Source: a virus
Lineage: Duplodnaviria; Caudoviricetes
Virus record (IMG/VR): IMGVR_UViG_3300032303_000221
Span: 1-41,767 of that record
DNA length: 41,767 bases
Reading direction: 5' to 3' (one strand)
Made by a program: the position numbers and the translations under genes. The notes below the pieces were generated by a model. The model searched no databases. It worked only from the letters and a program-made list of their open reading frames with translations, and was not told the origin of the DNA. Each line of letters begins with the position of its first letter. The stretch's first letter is position 1. Of the stretch, positions 1 to 7,988 are shown piece after piece.

Positions 1-201
1 ATCTCCAAGGTCGAAAAGGAAAGTGCGCTCGCCCGCGCTGCCATGACGCTTGACCGTGAACGCTCGATGGCGGCTATCGAGAAAAGCCGCATGGACATGG
101 TGGCCGATGCCGCTGCTGCCCGTGCCTCCATCCGATTTGATACTGCGCAGATGATCGCGGCGCTCGACAAGCGCATTACCCTCCTTGAAAAGGGCCGGTA
201 A
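1..201 (+). CDS. partial hypothetical protein (3' end), helical
   Basis: Frame 1 is open from base 1 (ISKVEKESALARAAMTLDRERS...RITLLEKGR) to TAA at 199-201, directly abutting the next ATG at 202; not in the ORF track. Confidence 0.7.
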   Translation: MSKVEKESALARAAMTLDRERSMAAIEKSRMDMVADAAAARASIRFDTAQMIAALDKRITLLEKGR

Positions 202-666
202 ATGGATCCGATCACACTTCTAGCAGCAGCAAAGGTCTCCTTTGAGGCCCTAAAGTCCGGCATTGCCGTCGGCAAAGAACTTCAGGGCATGGCAAAGGAC
301 CTTGGTTCTTTGTTTGACAGCATTGCTGCGATCACTCGTGTCGCGGCGGATCCAAAAGGGAGCCTGACTTCCGGTAAGTCCGCCCAACAAGTTGCAATGG
401 AGGCCTATGCCGCAAAGGCCGAAGCCGATGCAATGATGGAGGAGTTAAAGAACCATTTCATTGGAGAGTTTGGAATTGCTGCTTGGGATCAGGTTCTGTC
501 ACACACTACACAGATAAAAAAGGATATGAAGGCTGCAGCTCTCGAAGCTCAAAAAGAGCAGGATGAGTTGATGCACAACATCGCGGTCTGGGGATCTTCT
601 ATCCTAACGGCCATTCTAATCATCTCCATCATCGTCCTTTTCCTTATAGGGGTCGTTCGTCACTAG
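202..666 (+). CDS. hypothetical membrane-anchored protein next to lysis genes
   Basis: 154 aa, helical, with a C-terminal hydrophobic segment (IAVWGSSILTAILIISIIVLFLIGVV). Confidence 0.7.
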   Translation: MDPITLLAAAKVSFEALKSGIAVGKELQGMAKDLGSLFDSIAAITRVAADPKGSLTSGKSAQQVAMEAYAAKAEADAMMEELKNHFIGEFGIAAWDQVLSHTTQIKKDMKAAALEAQKEQDELMHNIAVWGSSILTAILIISIIVLFLIGVVRH

Positions 667-675
667 GAGCTACAT

Positions 676-1197
676 GTGGATCTTATCGCTAAGTTTGGAC
701 CCTTGCTGGGTCAGGTAGCCCCCTCTATCGCCACCGCCCTTGGTGGTCCGCTTGCCGGTGTCGCCGTCAGGACCCTATCGAACGCCTTGTTTGGGCACGA
801 AGACGCTTCTGAGCAACAAGTTTCTGAAGCCCTATCGAACGCCTCGCCCGAACAGCTTGCCGCCATCAAAAAGATTGACGCCGACTTCAAGGTGCAGATG
901 AAGTCTCTGGACATTGATCTTGAGCGCATCGCTGCTGGGGATCGTGATAGCGCCCGGCAGATGCAGCAAAACACCAAGGACTCGACGCCGAAAATTCTGG
1001 CCTACTTCATCACGTTCGGGTTCTTTGGGGCGCTGATTTACATCTTGGTGTTCGGGATACCGAAAAGCGGAACCGAGGTTATTTTGATGATGCTGGGGTC
1101 TCTTAGCACCTCATGGACCGGCGTTGTCCAGTTCTACTACGGCTCCAGCGCCGGTTCCAAAGCTAAGACAGATGCCCTTACCGCAAAGGATAAGTGA
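676..1197 (+). CDS. putative holin (3TM/GTA-holin-like)
   Basis: GTG start after GGAG; LGGPLAG N-terminus, DRDSARQMQ, two C-terminal TM segments ending FYYGSS; immediately upstream of the endolysin. Confidence 0.65.
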   Translation: MDLIAKFGPLLGQVAPSIATALGGPLAGVAVRTLSNALFGHEDASEQQVSEALSNASPEQLAAIKKIDADFKVQMKSLDIDLERIAAGDRDSARQMQQNTKDSTPKILAYFITFGFFGALIYILVFGIPKSGTEVILMMLGSLSTSWTGVVQFYYGSSAGSKAKTDALTAKDK

Positions 1198-1198
1198 C

Positions 1199-1708
1199 AT
1201 GAAAGAGAACTGGGATGAAAGCTTTAAGATGGTACTAGTCCACGAAGGTGGTTTTGTGAACCACCCAAAAGATCCGGGCGGTATGACCAACTTGGGCGTT
1301 ACCAAGGCAGCTTGGGAAGGATATGTCGGAAAGTCCGTGGACGAGGCGTTCATGCGCTCCCTGACACCTGAAGTGGTCAAGCCCTTCTACAAGACGATGT
1401 ACTGGGACAAGATCAAAGGGGATCAGCTTCCGGCTGGTGTGGACTACGCCGCATACGACTTGGCGGTAAACTCCGGTGTTGGTAGGGCTGCAAAGTTTTT
1501 GCAGGAGATTGCTGGCGTTACGGTGGACGGGGTTCTTGGTCCGAAGTCTATGGCAGCAATCAGAGAGTGCGACCCGGAACAGACTGCGGGAGCTATCTGC
1601 GACATGCGTCTTGATTTCCTCAAGCGCCTTCCAACTTTCGAAACCTTTGGCAAAGGCTGGACTATTCGCGTCAATGACGTGAAGGCTAAGGCGACGGAGA
1701 TGTCGTGA
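1199..1708 (+). CDS. endolysin, glycoside hydrolase family 108 with C-terminal peptidoglycan-binding region
   Basis: HEGGFVNHPKDPGGMTNLGVT motif, D-x-AVNSG, DGVLGPKS and FGKGW; true start probably ATG 1199, just after the holin stop. Confidence 0.9.
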   Translation: MKENWDESFKMVLVHEGGFVNHPKDPGGMTNLGVTKAAWEGYVGKSVDEAFMRSLTPEVVKPFYKTMYWDKIKGDQLPAGVDYAAYDLAVNSGVGRAAKFLQEIAGVTVDGVLGPKSMAAIRECDPEQTAGAICDMRLDFLKRLPTFETFGKGWTIRVNDVKAKATEMS

Positions 1709-1872
1709 TGGCAAAGAAACCGATTTGGGACAAGTCTCGCCCTGCAAAGCTTGGCGCTCCAAAGAAGCTGTCATCCAAGCAGAAGACGTCTGCAAAGGCA
1801 GCGGCGAAGAAAGCCGGTCGTCCATATCCAAATCTTGTGGACAACATGATGGCGGCGAAGAGGGGGAGGTGA
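1708..1872 (+). CDS. small basic phage protein (54 aa)
   Basis: Translated by hand: MAKKPIWDKSRPAKLGAPKKLSSKQKTSAKAAAKKAGRPYPNLVDNMMAAKRGR; TGATG overlaps at both ends; not in the ORF track. Confidence 0.8.
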   Translation: MAKKPIWDKSRPAKLGAPKKLSSKQKTSAKAAAKKAGRPYPNLVDNMMAAKRGR

Positions 1873-2126
1873 TGGCAAAGTCCCCAGCATGGCAGCGGAA
1901 GGAAGGGAAGTCCGCCAAAGGTGGGCTTAATGCCAAGGGTCGAGCTTCCTACAACAAGGCAAACCCCGGAAAACCGGGGTTGAAGGCCCCGCAGCCTGAG
2001 GGTGGTCCCCGCAAAGCAAGCTTCTGTGCCCGCATGACCGGCATGAAGAAGAAGTTGACTAGCGCAAAGACCGCCAACGATCCAAATTCCCGCATTAACA
2101 AATCCCTCAGAGCGTGGAAATGTTGA
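1872..2126 (+). CDS. small basic phage protein (DUF6321-like)
   Basis: MAKSPAWQRKEGK...GGLNAKGRAS...RKASFCARM...SLRAWKC; GGAGG RBS and TGATG coupling support the 1872 start. Confidence 0.8.
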   Translation: MAKSPAWQRKEGKSAKGGLNAKGRASYNKANPGKPGLKAPQPEGGPRKASFCARMTGMKKKLTSAKTANDPNSRINKSLRAWKC

Positions 2127-2155
2127 TGTGCTGACAGAAAATCAAGGAAACCAGA

Positions 2156-2353
2156 ATGACAGATGTTTACATTGCTGACAGATTGATTAAAGTAATTCGC
2201 GAGCGGCAGCAAACTGTCACGGAAGCGATCACAGAAGGTTCGGTTCCAGACTACGCCGCTTTCCGACACCTTCGGGGGAAACTCGAAGTGTGGAAGGAGA
2301 TTGAAGATGAACTTCGCCTTCTGCTTAAAAAACGGGACCAATATGACGAGTAG
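2156..2353 (+). CDS. hypothetical phage protein upstream of the co-chaperonin
   Basis: 65 aa, AAGGA RBS, overlaps the start of the next gene. Confidence 0.75.
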   Translation: MTDVYIADRLIKVIRERQQTVTEAITEGSVPDYAAFRHLRGKLEVWKEIEDELRLLLKKRDQYDE

Positions 2354-2828
2354 TCTGATCCTTCCAAGCTACCTTCAAGCCAAGCTTGAAAATGAAAATG
2401 TTTCACGTGAAACATCTGAGCCGGGGGCACTAGAAGTGGCCTTCGTTCCAGAAGCCGAAAGGGTCTTTGACCCAACCAAACTCCCAGATACAGCCCTTGC
2501 CCGTCTTCCCCAACCTACAGGCTGGCGACTTCTTGTGCTTCCTTATCGTGGAAATGCCAAGTCAAAGGGTGGCATTCTATACGCAGATCAAACTGTTGAG
2601 CAGAATAGCCTAGTTACGGTTGTCGCCTATGTGCTGGCTATCGGTCCCGACGCCTATTGCGATAAAGCCAAGTTCCCGAATGGAGCGTGGTGCAAGAAGG
2701 GTGACTGGGTAATCATCGGTCGCTACGCTGGGGCGCGTTTCAAGATTGAGGGTGGGGAAGTCCGCATCATCAACGATGACGAGATCATCGCAACAATCGC
2801 TGATCCCTCAGACGTTTCCAACGTCTAG
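2343..2828 (+). CDS. groES: phage GroES-like co-chaperonin with N-terminal extension
   Basis: LPQPTGWRLLV...KSKGGI...VLAIGPDAY...KKGDWVIIGRYAG...RIINDDEIIA matches the Cpn10 pattern; located in the head module. Confidence 0.88.
   Translation: MTSSLILPSYLQAKLENENVSRETSEPGALEVAFVPEAERVFDPTKLPDTALARLPQPTGWRLLVLPYRGNAKSKGGILYADQTVEQNSLVTVVAYVLAIGPDAYCDKAKFPNGAWCKKGDWVIIGRYAGARFKIEGGEVRIINDDEIIATIADPSDVSNV
2398..2415. promoter_or_regulatory. parS: parS-type centromere site (ParB-binding palindrome)
   Basis: ATGTTTCACGTGAAACAT is a perfect 18-bp palindrome; 2399-2414 is identical to the bacterial chromosomal parS consensus TGTTTCACGTGAAACA. Confidence 0.8.
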
Positions 2829-2850
2829 CAGCGCAGCAATGGAGATTGCT

Positions 2851-3720
2851 ATGTCAGATGTAAGTGATGTGGATGACGACGGTTCTGTCGAGGTCACAAT
2901 CGAGGAGATTGGATCCCCTGAGGCCAAGTCGGTAGAGAAGGTTGAAGTTCAAAGCGATCAAGAACTTCAGGATCATTCCGAGTCTGTCAGGAAGCGAATT
3001 GACAAGCTCACCTATCGCCTGAGGGAGGCCGAGCGCCGAGAACAAGCAGCTTTGGAGTTTGCCAAGGGTCTGAAAGGGCAGTTGCAAAACTATCAGGAGC
3101 GGACAAGCGTTCTTGACCGGACATTGGTCAACGAGTTTGACCACCGGCTGAAGACCCAAGACAAGATGATCCGCGAGGAGCTTCGACGGGCTATTGACGA
3201 GGGGAATGTCGAAGCGCAGATCACTGCACAGACAGCCCTTGCAAATTTAGCTGTGGAAAACGATAAGCTCCGCCAGTCAAAACTTCGCAGGGAACACGAG
3301 GATCGACAACGGGCGGCAGTCCAAGCTGAACCGCCGCAGCGCGTTGAGCAGCAAGCCCCGCGCCCGGATCCAAAGGCTCAATCTTGGGCAGAACGGAACG
3401 AGTGGTTTGGCAACGACAAGGCCATGACGGCTACGGCGTATGCAATTCACGCTGATCTTGTTGAGGTTGAGGGCTTTGATCCCACTTCTGATGACTACTA
3501 TCAGGAGCTTGATAGCCGTATCCGCAATGAGTTTCCCCATAAGTTCAAAGCCTCTCAGGGGAATACCCGCCCACAGGCTGCCGTGGCCTCCGCCCGGACG
3601 ACCGTGAAATCTAGCAACAACAAGATGAAACTGTCTGAAAGCCAGATCAGGGTTGCCAAGTCGCTAGGAGTTAGTTTAGAAGAGTATGCTAGACATGCTC
3701 GGATACAGCAGCAGGGTTAG
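2851..3720 (+). CDS. capsid scaffolding protein (putative)
   Basis: Acidic N-terminus, long coiled coil (SVRKRIDKLT), PDPKAQSWAERNEWFG, C-terminal LSESQIRVAKSLGVSLEEYARH; upstream of the capsid genes; GGAG RBS before ATG 2851. Confidence 0.75.
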   Translation: MSDVSDVDDDGSVEVTIEEIGSPEAKSVEKVEVQSDQELQDHSESVRKRIDKLTYRLREAERREQAALEFAKGLKGQLQNYQERTSVLDRTLVNEFDHRLKTQDKMIREELRRAIDEGNVEAQITAQTALANLAVENDKLRQSKLRREHEDRQRAAVQAEPPQRVEQQAPRPDPKAQSWAERNEWFGNDKAMTATAYAIHADLVEVEGFDPTSDDYYQELDSRIRNEFPHKFKASQGNTRPQAAVASARTTVKSSNNKMKLSESQIRVAKSLGVSLEEYARHARIQQQG

Positions 3721-3724
3721 TCAT

Positions 3725-4186
3725 ATGACTATTGACCGTAAGCCAAGATCAGAGACTGTCCGTGACAAGGAGTCACGCCCACTTGTGTGGAAACCACCGT
3801 CCACCTTGGACGCACCCCCGGCCCCCGAGGGTTATACGCACCGCTGGATCCGTATGGAAGCCAACGGCCATGACGACCGGAAGAACATTTCCGCACGTAC
3901 ACGCGAGGGCTTTGAGCTTGTTCGCGCCGAGGAATACCCTGATTGGGATCTCCCCACCATCAACGACGGCAAACATGCTGGCGTTATCGCAGTTGGCGGA
4001 TTGGTCCTAGCCCGTATTCCAAATGAACTCGTTCGCCAGAGAACTGAATACTTCCGGAAGCAGACGCAACAGCAGCTTCAGGCGGTGGACAATGATCTTA
4101 TGCGTGAGCAACACCCTTCAATGCCCATGATCCGTCCTGAGAGACAATCACGGGTAACTTTCGGTGGAAATCGTTCCTCCGAATAA
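3725..4186 (+). CDS. conserved head-module protein
   Basis: WKPPSTLDAPPAPEGYTHRWIR...REGFELVR...GGLVLARIP; between scaffold and capsid genes. Confidence 0.75.
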   Translation: MTIDRKPRSETVRDKESRPLVWKPPSTLDAPPAPEGYTHRWIRMEANGHDDRKNISARTREGFELVRAEEYPDWDLPTINDGKHAGVIAVGGLVLARIPNELVRQRTEYFRKQTQQQLQAVDNDLMREQHPSMPMIRPERQSRVTFGGNRSSE

Positions 4187-4203
4187 TCACAAGGATCTGA
4201 GCA

Positions 4204-4821
4204 ATGGCAAATATCAATGCCTCGTTCGGGCTTCGCCCGTATCGTATGCTTGGAAGCGGTGCGAATACCAACGGTGACGTTGTGTATTCCATCCAGACTG
4301 CGGCAACTGCTGGTTCGTCCAACGTGATCTATCAGGGCTCCCCTGTTATCCCGTTGTCTAACGGCATGATTGATATCGTCGGCGCTGCTGCCGGTGGTAC
4401 TGTCCCGCTTCTGGGTTCGTTTCTGGGTTGCAACTATATCGACCTGACGGGTAAGCCCAAGTGGTCTCCCTTCTGGCCCGGCACTTCTGCGGTGTATGCC
4501 AATTCTATCGCTACGGCGACTATTTCGGCGCACCCCGATCAGACGTTCCTGATTAACTGCGATGCGGCTGCTGCGGACACTCTTGTTCACAACAACGCGA
4601 ACTTTGCCACCGCCACCAGCGGTAGCAGCACCACGGGCTTGTCTTCGGGCAAGCTTGCCGTCTCGACGGCTGCAACGACTAACACGCTTAACCTTCGCAT
4701 TCTTGGCTTTGAGGACACTCCCGCCAATAGCGATGCTTCGGTTGCTGGTCGTTTGGCTATCGTCCTCCTCAACAACCACTTCTACCGTTACAATGCTAAC
4801 GGTACTGGTGCGGGCGTCTAA
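4204..4821 (+). CDS. capsid decoration / minor capsid protein (putative)
   Basis: MANINASFGLRP start, Ala/Thr/Gly-rich and beta-rich, directly upstream of the major capsid gene. Confidence 0.65.
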   Translation: MANINASFGLRPYRMLGSGANTNGDVVYSIQTAATAGSSNVIYQGSPVIPLSNGMIDIVGAAAGGTVPLLGSFLGCNYIDLTGKPKWSPFWPGTSAVYANSIATATISAHPDQTFLINCDAAAADTLVHNNANFATATSGSSTTGLSSGKLAVSTAATTNTLNLRILGFEDTPANSDASVAGRLAIVLLNNHFYRYNANGTGAGV

Positions 4822-4835
4822 AGGGAGTTTGAACA

Positions 4836-5744
4836 ATGGCAATCACTCGTTCACAACTCCTCAAGGAACTGGAGCCGGGTCTTAACGCCCTCTTCGGTAT
4901 GGAGTACGACCGCTACGACAACGAACACGCTGAAATCTTCGATACGGAGACTTCGGATCGTGCGTTTGAAGAAGAGGTTATGCTGTCTGGCTTCGGTCAG
5001 GCCCCTGTAAAGGGTGAAGGCGCGGCCATCGTGTACGACACGGCTGGTGAGGCTTTCACGGCTCGCTATACCCATAATACCATCGCGCTGGCTTTTGCGA
5101 TTACTGAGGAAGCCGTGGAGGATAACCTCTATGACAAACTCAGTGCCCGCTACACCCGTGCGCTGGCTCGCTCGATGTCCAACACCAAGCAAGTGACTGC
5201 GGCTGGTACGTTGAACAACGCTTTCTCGTCCAGCTACACGGGCGGCGACGGTGTTTCGCTCATCAACAGCGCGCATCCCACCACGGGTGGCGGAAACTGG
5301 TCGAACACTCTGGCGACTGCGGCGGATCTGAACGAGACTTCTCTCGAACAGGCTCTGATCGACATCGCCGGTTTCATCGACGAGCGTGGTCTGAAGATTG
5401 CTCTGCGTGGCATGAAGCTCATTATCCCCCCGAGCCTCCAGTTCACTGCCGAGCGTATCCTGAAGTCCGAGCAGCGCGTTTCGACGAGCGACAACGACAT
5501 TAACGCTTTGAAGTCTGGTGGCTACATGCCTCAGGGCTTCACCGTTAATCACTTCCTGACCGATACGGATGCTTGGTTCATCAAGACCGATGCTCCGAAC
5601 GGCATGAAGCACTTCGTTCGTTCGCCCATCAAAACGGCGATGGAAGGCGACTTTGAAACGGGCAACGTCCGTTACAAGGCCCGCGAGCGTTACAGCTTCG
5701 GGTGGTCGGATCCCCGTTCGATGTATGGTTCTCCCGGCGCTTAA
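4836..5744 (+). CDS. major capsid protein (Mu gpT-like, HK97 fold)
   Basis: MAITRSQLLKELEPGLNALFG...SDRAFEEEVMLSGFG...ITEEAVEDNLY...YKARERYSFGWSDPR; strong GGGAG RBS; followed by a terminator. Confidence 0.9.
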   Translation: MAITRSQLLKELEPGLNALFGMEYDRYDNEHAEIFDTETSDRAFEEEVMLSGFGQAPVKGEGAAIVYDTAGEAFTARYTHNTIALAFAITEEAVEDNLYDKLSARYTRALARSMSNTKQVTAAGTLNNAFSSSYTGGDGVSLINSAHPTTGGGNWSNTLATAADLNETSLEQALIDIAGFIDERGLKIALRGMKLIIPPSLQFTAERILKSEQRVSTSDNDINALKSGGYMPQGFTVNHFLTDTDAWFIKTDAPNGMKHFVRSPIKTAMEGDFETGNVRYKARERYSFGWSDPRSMYGSPGA

Positions 5745-5769
5745 TTGCCTCTGGGATACCCCGAGACAG

Positions 5770-5799
5770 AAGGGGCCGGTATTGTACCGGCCCCTTTTT
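5770..5799 (+). terminator. Rho-independent terminator after the major capsid gene
   Basis: AAGGGGCCGGTA-TTG-TACCGGCCCCTT stem-loop running into a T tract. Confidence 0.85.
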
Positions 5800-5816
5800 C
5801 ATGTATAGTCAATATG

Positions 5817-5860
5817 TCCCTGACTGCCCCTTGGCAGACACCCCGCGACAGGAGATCGAC
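5817..5860 (+). ncRNA. candidate structured cis-element downstream of the gpT-like capsid gene (possibly Mu-gpT-DE-like)
   Basis: Inner hairpin CTGCC-CCTT-GGCAG (5824-5837) enclosed by CCTG (5819-5822) / CAGG (5849-5852), which overlaps the AGGAG RBS; identity with a known motif is not verified. Confidence 0.35.
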
Positions 5861-6334
5861 ATGGGTACTTCAACATTTTCCGGTCCTATCAAGGCCGGTC
5901 CAATCAAGTTCACGACTGGCACGACGCTTGGACAGGATGTTGCCAACACTGGCAACGTCGTCCTCATGCAGTCGGAAGCTGTCACGCAGGCTGGTCCCGG
6001 TGCGGATGGCGTCTACACGACAAACATCGTCCTCCCTGCGGGCAGCACGATCACCGACATCAAGCTCTATGTGGGAGTTGTCTGGAGCGGCGTTGCTTCC
6101 ACCCTTGGCATCGGAACCTCTGCTTCCGCTACGGCCCTGACGGCTGCTTCTGCGGTTGCTGGTGGAACCCTTGGCATTATCACGGCCACGGCTGGGGCTG
6201 ACGCGACCCGCGTTGGTACTTGGTACAACGTCGGCACCACGGACATCCGCATCAAGCTGACCTCGACCAACACCGGCACCGGCACCGGCTGGCTGGTTGT
6301 CAGCTACGTTCAGCCCGGCAACATCAACCCCTGA
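5861..6334 (+). CDS. virion structural protein (capsid-associated, putative)
   Basis: MGTSTFSGPIKAG start after AGGAG; Thr/Gly-rich, beta-sandwich-like. Confidence 0.75.
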   Translation: MGTSTFSGPIKAGPIKFTTGTTLGQDVANTGNVVLMQSEAVTQAGPGADGVYTTNIVLPAGSTITDIKLYVGVVWSGVASTLGIGTSASATALTAASAVAGGTLGIITATAGADATRVGTWYNVGTTDIRIKLTSTNTGTGTGWLVVSYVQPGNINP

Positions 6335-6346
6335 TAGGAGGCTCTG

Positions 6347-6745
6347 ATGGCTGATACAGTTGCCACACAGACCCTCTTTCAGGGGGATAAGGTCCTTGTA
6401 ATGAAGTTCACCAATGCCTCTGATGGCACGGGTGAGTCCGCTGTGACCAAGGTGGATGTTTCTACCTTGGCTTCATATCAGGGAAAACCATGTGTTGCCG
6501 TTCAGATCGACAGGATCTATGGCCTAACGCATGGCATGGAGGTTCGCCTGTTGTGGGGAGCTTCAACAAACGTCACCATTCTGACGTTCCCGCAGAATGC
6601 CGCTCAGACCATGAACTTCGATGATTTTGGTGGTTTGGACAACAATGCTGGCACGGGCAAGACGGGAAACATCTTGTTCACCACGCTCGATGCTTCTGCC
6701 GGGGATGCTTATACAATCATCCTTGTAATGCGAAAGCTCTATTAA
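6347..6745 (+). CDS. conserved virion protein
   Basis: GGAGG RBS; MADTVATQT...KFTNASDGTGESAV...DFGGL...TGNILFTT. Confidence 0.78.
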   Translation: MADTVATQTLFQGDKVLVMKFTNASDGTGESAVTKVDVSTLASYQGKPCVAVQIDRIYGLTHGMEVRLLWGASTNVTILTFPQNAAQTMNFDDFGGLDNNAGTGKTGNILFTTLDASAGDAYTIILVMRKLY

Positions 6746-6756
6746 GGAGAACTGTC

Positions 6757-7176
6757 ATGGCTATGACTCGCGGTGGAATTGGGCGTGAAGTTGCCGGTGC
6801 CCGCATGAAGAAGCGGGCTATGGGCGCTTCTATGCAGGGCAGGCGAATGGCCCCCGACATTATGACTGATATGCCTATGAAGGCTGCGGCTCCTGCAATG
6901 CCAATGGCTGCTGCGCCGATGGCTGCTGCGCCGATGGCTGCTGCGCCAACGGCAGCAATGAGAAAAGGCGGTAAGGTCGATTTCTCAAAGGTTGTTAGGA
7001 ATAAGAAGACTGGCGAACTTTCTGAGAAGCCCGGCATGAAGGGTGGCGGAATTGCCCAGAAGGGCAACAAGGATCCCTCCAAGACTCCTTCGTTCAAAAA
7101 GGGTGGCTCTGCCCCTAAGAAGGGTGGTCTCGCCATCATGATTGTGATGGGTAAAGGCAAGGGAAAGAAGAAATGA
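6757..7176 (+). CDS. small Lys/Gly/Met-rich basic protein with KGG repeats
   Basis: AAGGAG RBS; repeats MRKGGKV, MKGGGIA, FKKGGSA, KKGGLA. Confidence 0.75.
   Translation: MAMTRGGIGREVAGARMKKRAMGASMQGRRMAPDIMTDMPMKAAAPAMPMAAAPMAAAPMAAAPTAAMRKGGKVDFSKVVRNKKTGELSEKPGMKGGGIAQKGNKDPSKTPSFKKGGSAPKKGGLAIMIVMGKGKGKKK
6901..6960 (+). repeat. 15-bp coding tandem repeat (PMAAA) x about 4
   Basis: ccaatggctgctgcg ccgatggctgctgcg ccgatggctgctgcg ccaacggcagcaatg. Confidence 0.85.
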
Positions 7177-7334
7177 AAAAGCCCACCAAGGCTCAATCCA
7201 AGGTCAAGAAGGTGATGCACGAGTTTAAGACTGGTGCGTTGCATACAGGATCCAAGAAGGGTCCAGTGGTCAAGAACCGCAAGCAGGCTATCGCCATCGC
7301 CTTGTCCGAGGCGGGAAAATCTAAGAAGGGGTAA
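7173..7334 (+). CDS. small basic protein (DUF6496-like, 53 aa)
   Basis: Translated by hand: MKKPTKAQSKVKKVMHEFKTGALHTGSKKGPVVKNRKQAIAIALSEAGKSKKG; ATGA overlap with the previous gene; not in the ORF track. Confidence 0.82.
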   Translation: MKKPTKAQSKVKKVMHEFKTGALHTGSKKGPVVKNRKQAIAIALSEAGKSKKG

Positions 7335-7338
7335 GATC

Positions 7339-7680
7339 ATGGACAATGATAAAGACAAAATCATCACGGTTTCCCCCGGAAAACAATATGTTCGTGGGGA
7401 TACGAGGGCCGAAAAGATGGCTACCGCCCGTGAGGCAACTTTTTCTGCGGGGAAAAAAAGGGATGAAGCACTAGACAAGATGCTGCGCGAAGATCATTCG
7501 CCCACAACAAAAGCAGAATATGAGGAAGCATATAAAAAATCAGATATGCTAGGTGATGCTTATGGGGAAGAGGTTAATAAGAGATACAAGAAGGGCGGCA
7601 TGGTAGCCAAAAAGGGCGGCGGATCCGTCCGGGGTGCGGGACTAGCCCAGCGCGGCCAAGGCAAGATGAGGATGTTCTAA
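7339..7680 (+). CDS. small protein with basic C-terminal KGG motifs
   Basis: Start ATG 7339 just after the previous stop; ends RYKKGGMVAKKGGGSVRGAGLAQRGQGKMRMF. Confidence 0.7.
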   Translation: MDNDKDKIITVSPGKQYVRGDTRAEKMATAREATFSAGKKRDEALDKMLREDHSPTTKAEYEEAYKKSDMLGDAYGEEVNKRYKKGGMVAKKGGGSVRGAGLAQRGQGKMRMF

Positions 7681-7681
7681 C

Positions 7682-7987
7682 ATGGTTAGTAAATCACCTA
7701 CAGGACTTATGAACATCGGCATGTGGGAAGGGTCCAAGGAGGACGTTTCTCAGGACAAGAAGCTTGCCAAAAAGCGTGGCATGACCATGAAGGAATGGGA
7801 AGCTTCTACCGACGATACCAAGCACGACACCCAGAAGTCCATGAAGGGTCTCCGTGGCGGCGGCATGGCTACCCGTGGTATGGGTGTTGCGCTTGCCGAG
7901 GGCGGCATGGCCTGCAAGGCTGGCGGCGGTATGGTGACGGCCAAGGGTCAGGGTATGGCTCGTAGTAAGTCTACCTCGGTGTGCTAA
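7682..7987 (+). CDS. small basic Gly-rich protein
   Basis: EGSKEDVSQDKKLAKKRGMT...LRGGGMATRGMG...AEGGMACKAGGGMV; packed between its neighbours. Confidence 0.72.
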   Translation: MVSKSPTGLMNIGMWEGSKEDVSQDKKLAKKRGMTMKEWEASTDDTKHDTQKSMKGLRGGGMATRGMGVALAEGGMACKAGGGMVTAKGQGMARSKSTSVC

Positions 7988-7988
7988 T

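Noticed and set aside
7449-7462. GGGGAAAAAAAGGG as a programmed frameshift or phase-variation site
   Set aside because: In the reading frame it does not form a proper X XXY YYZ heptamer, and the ORF is intact and packed against its neighbours
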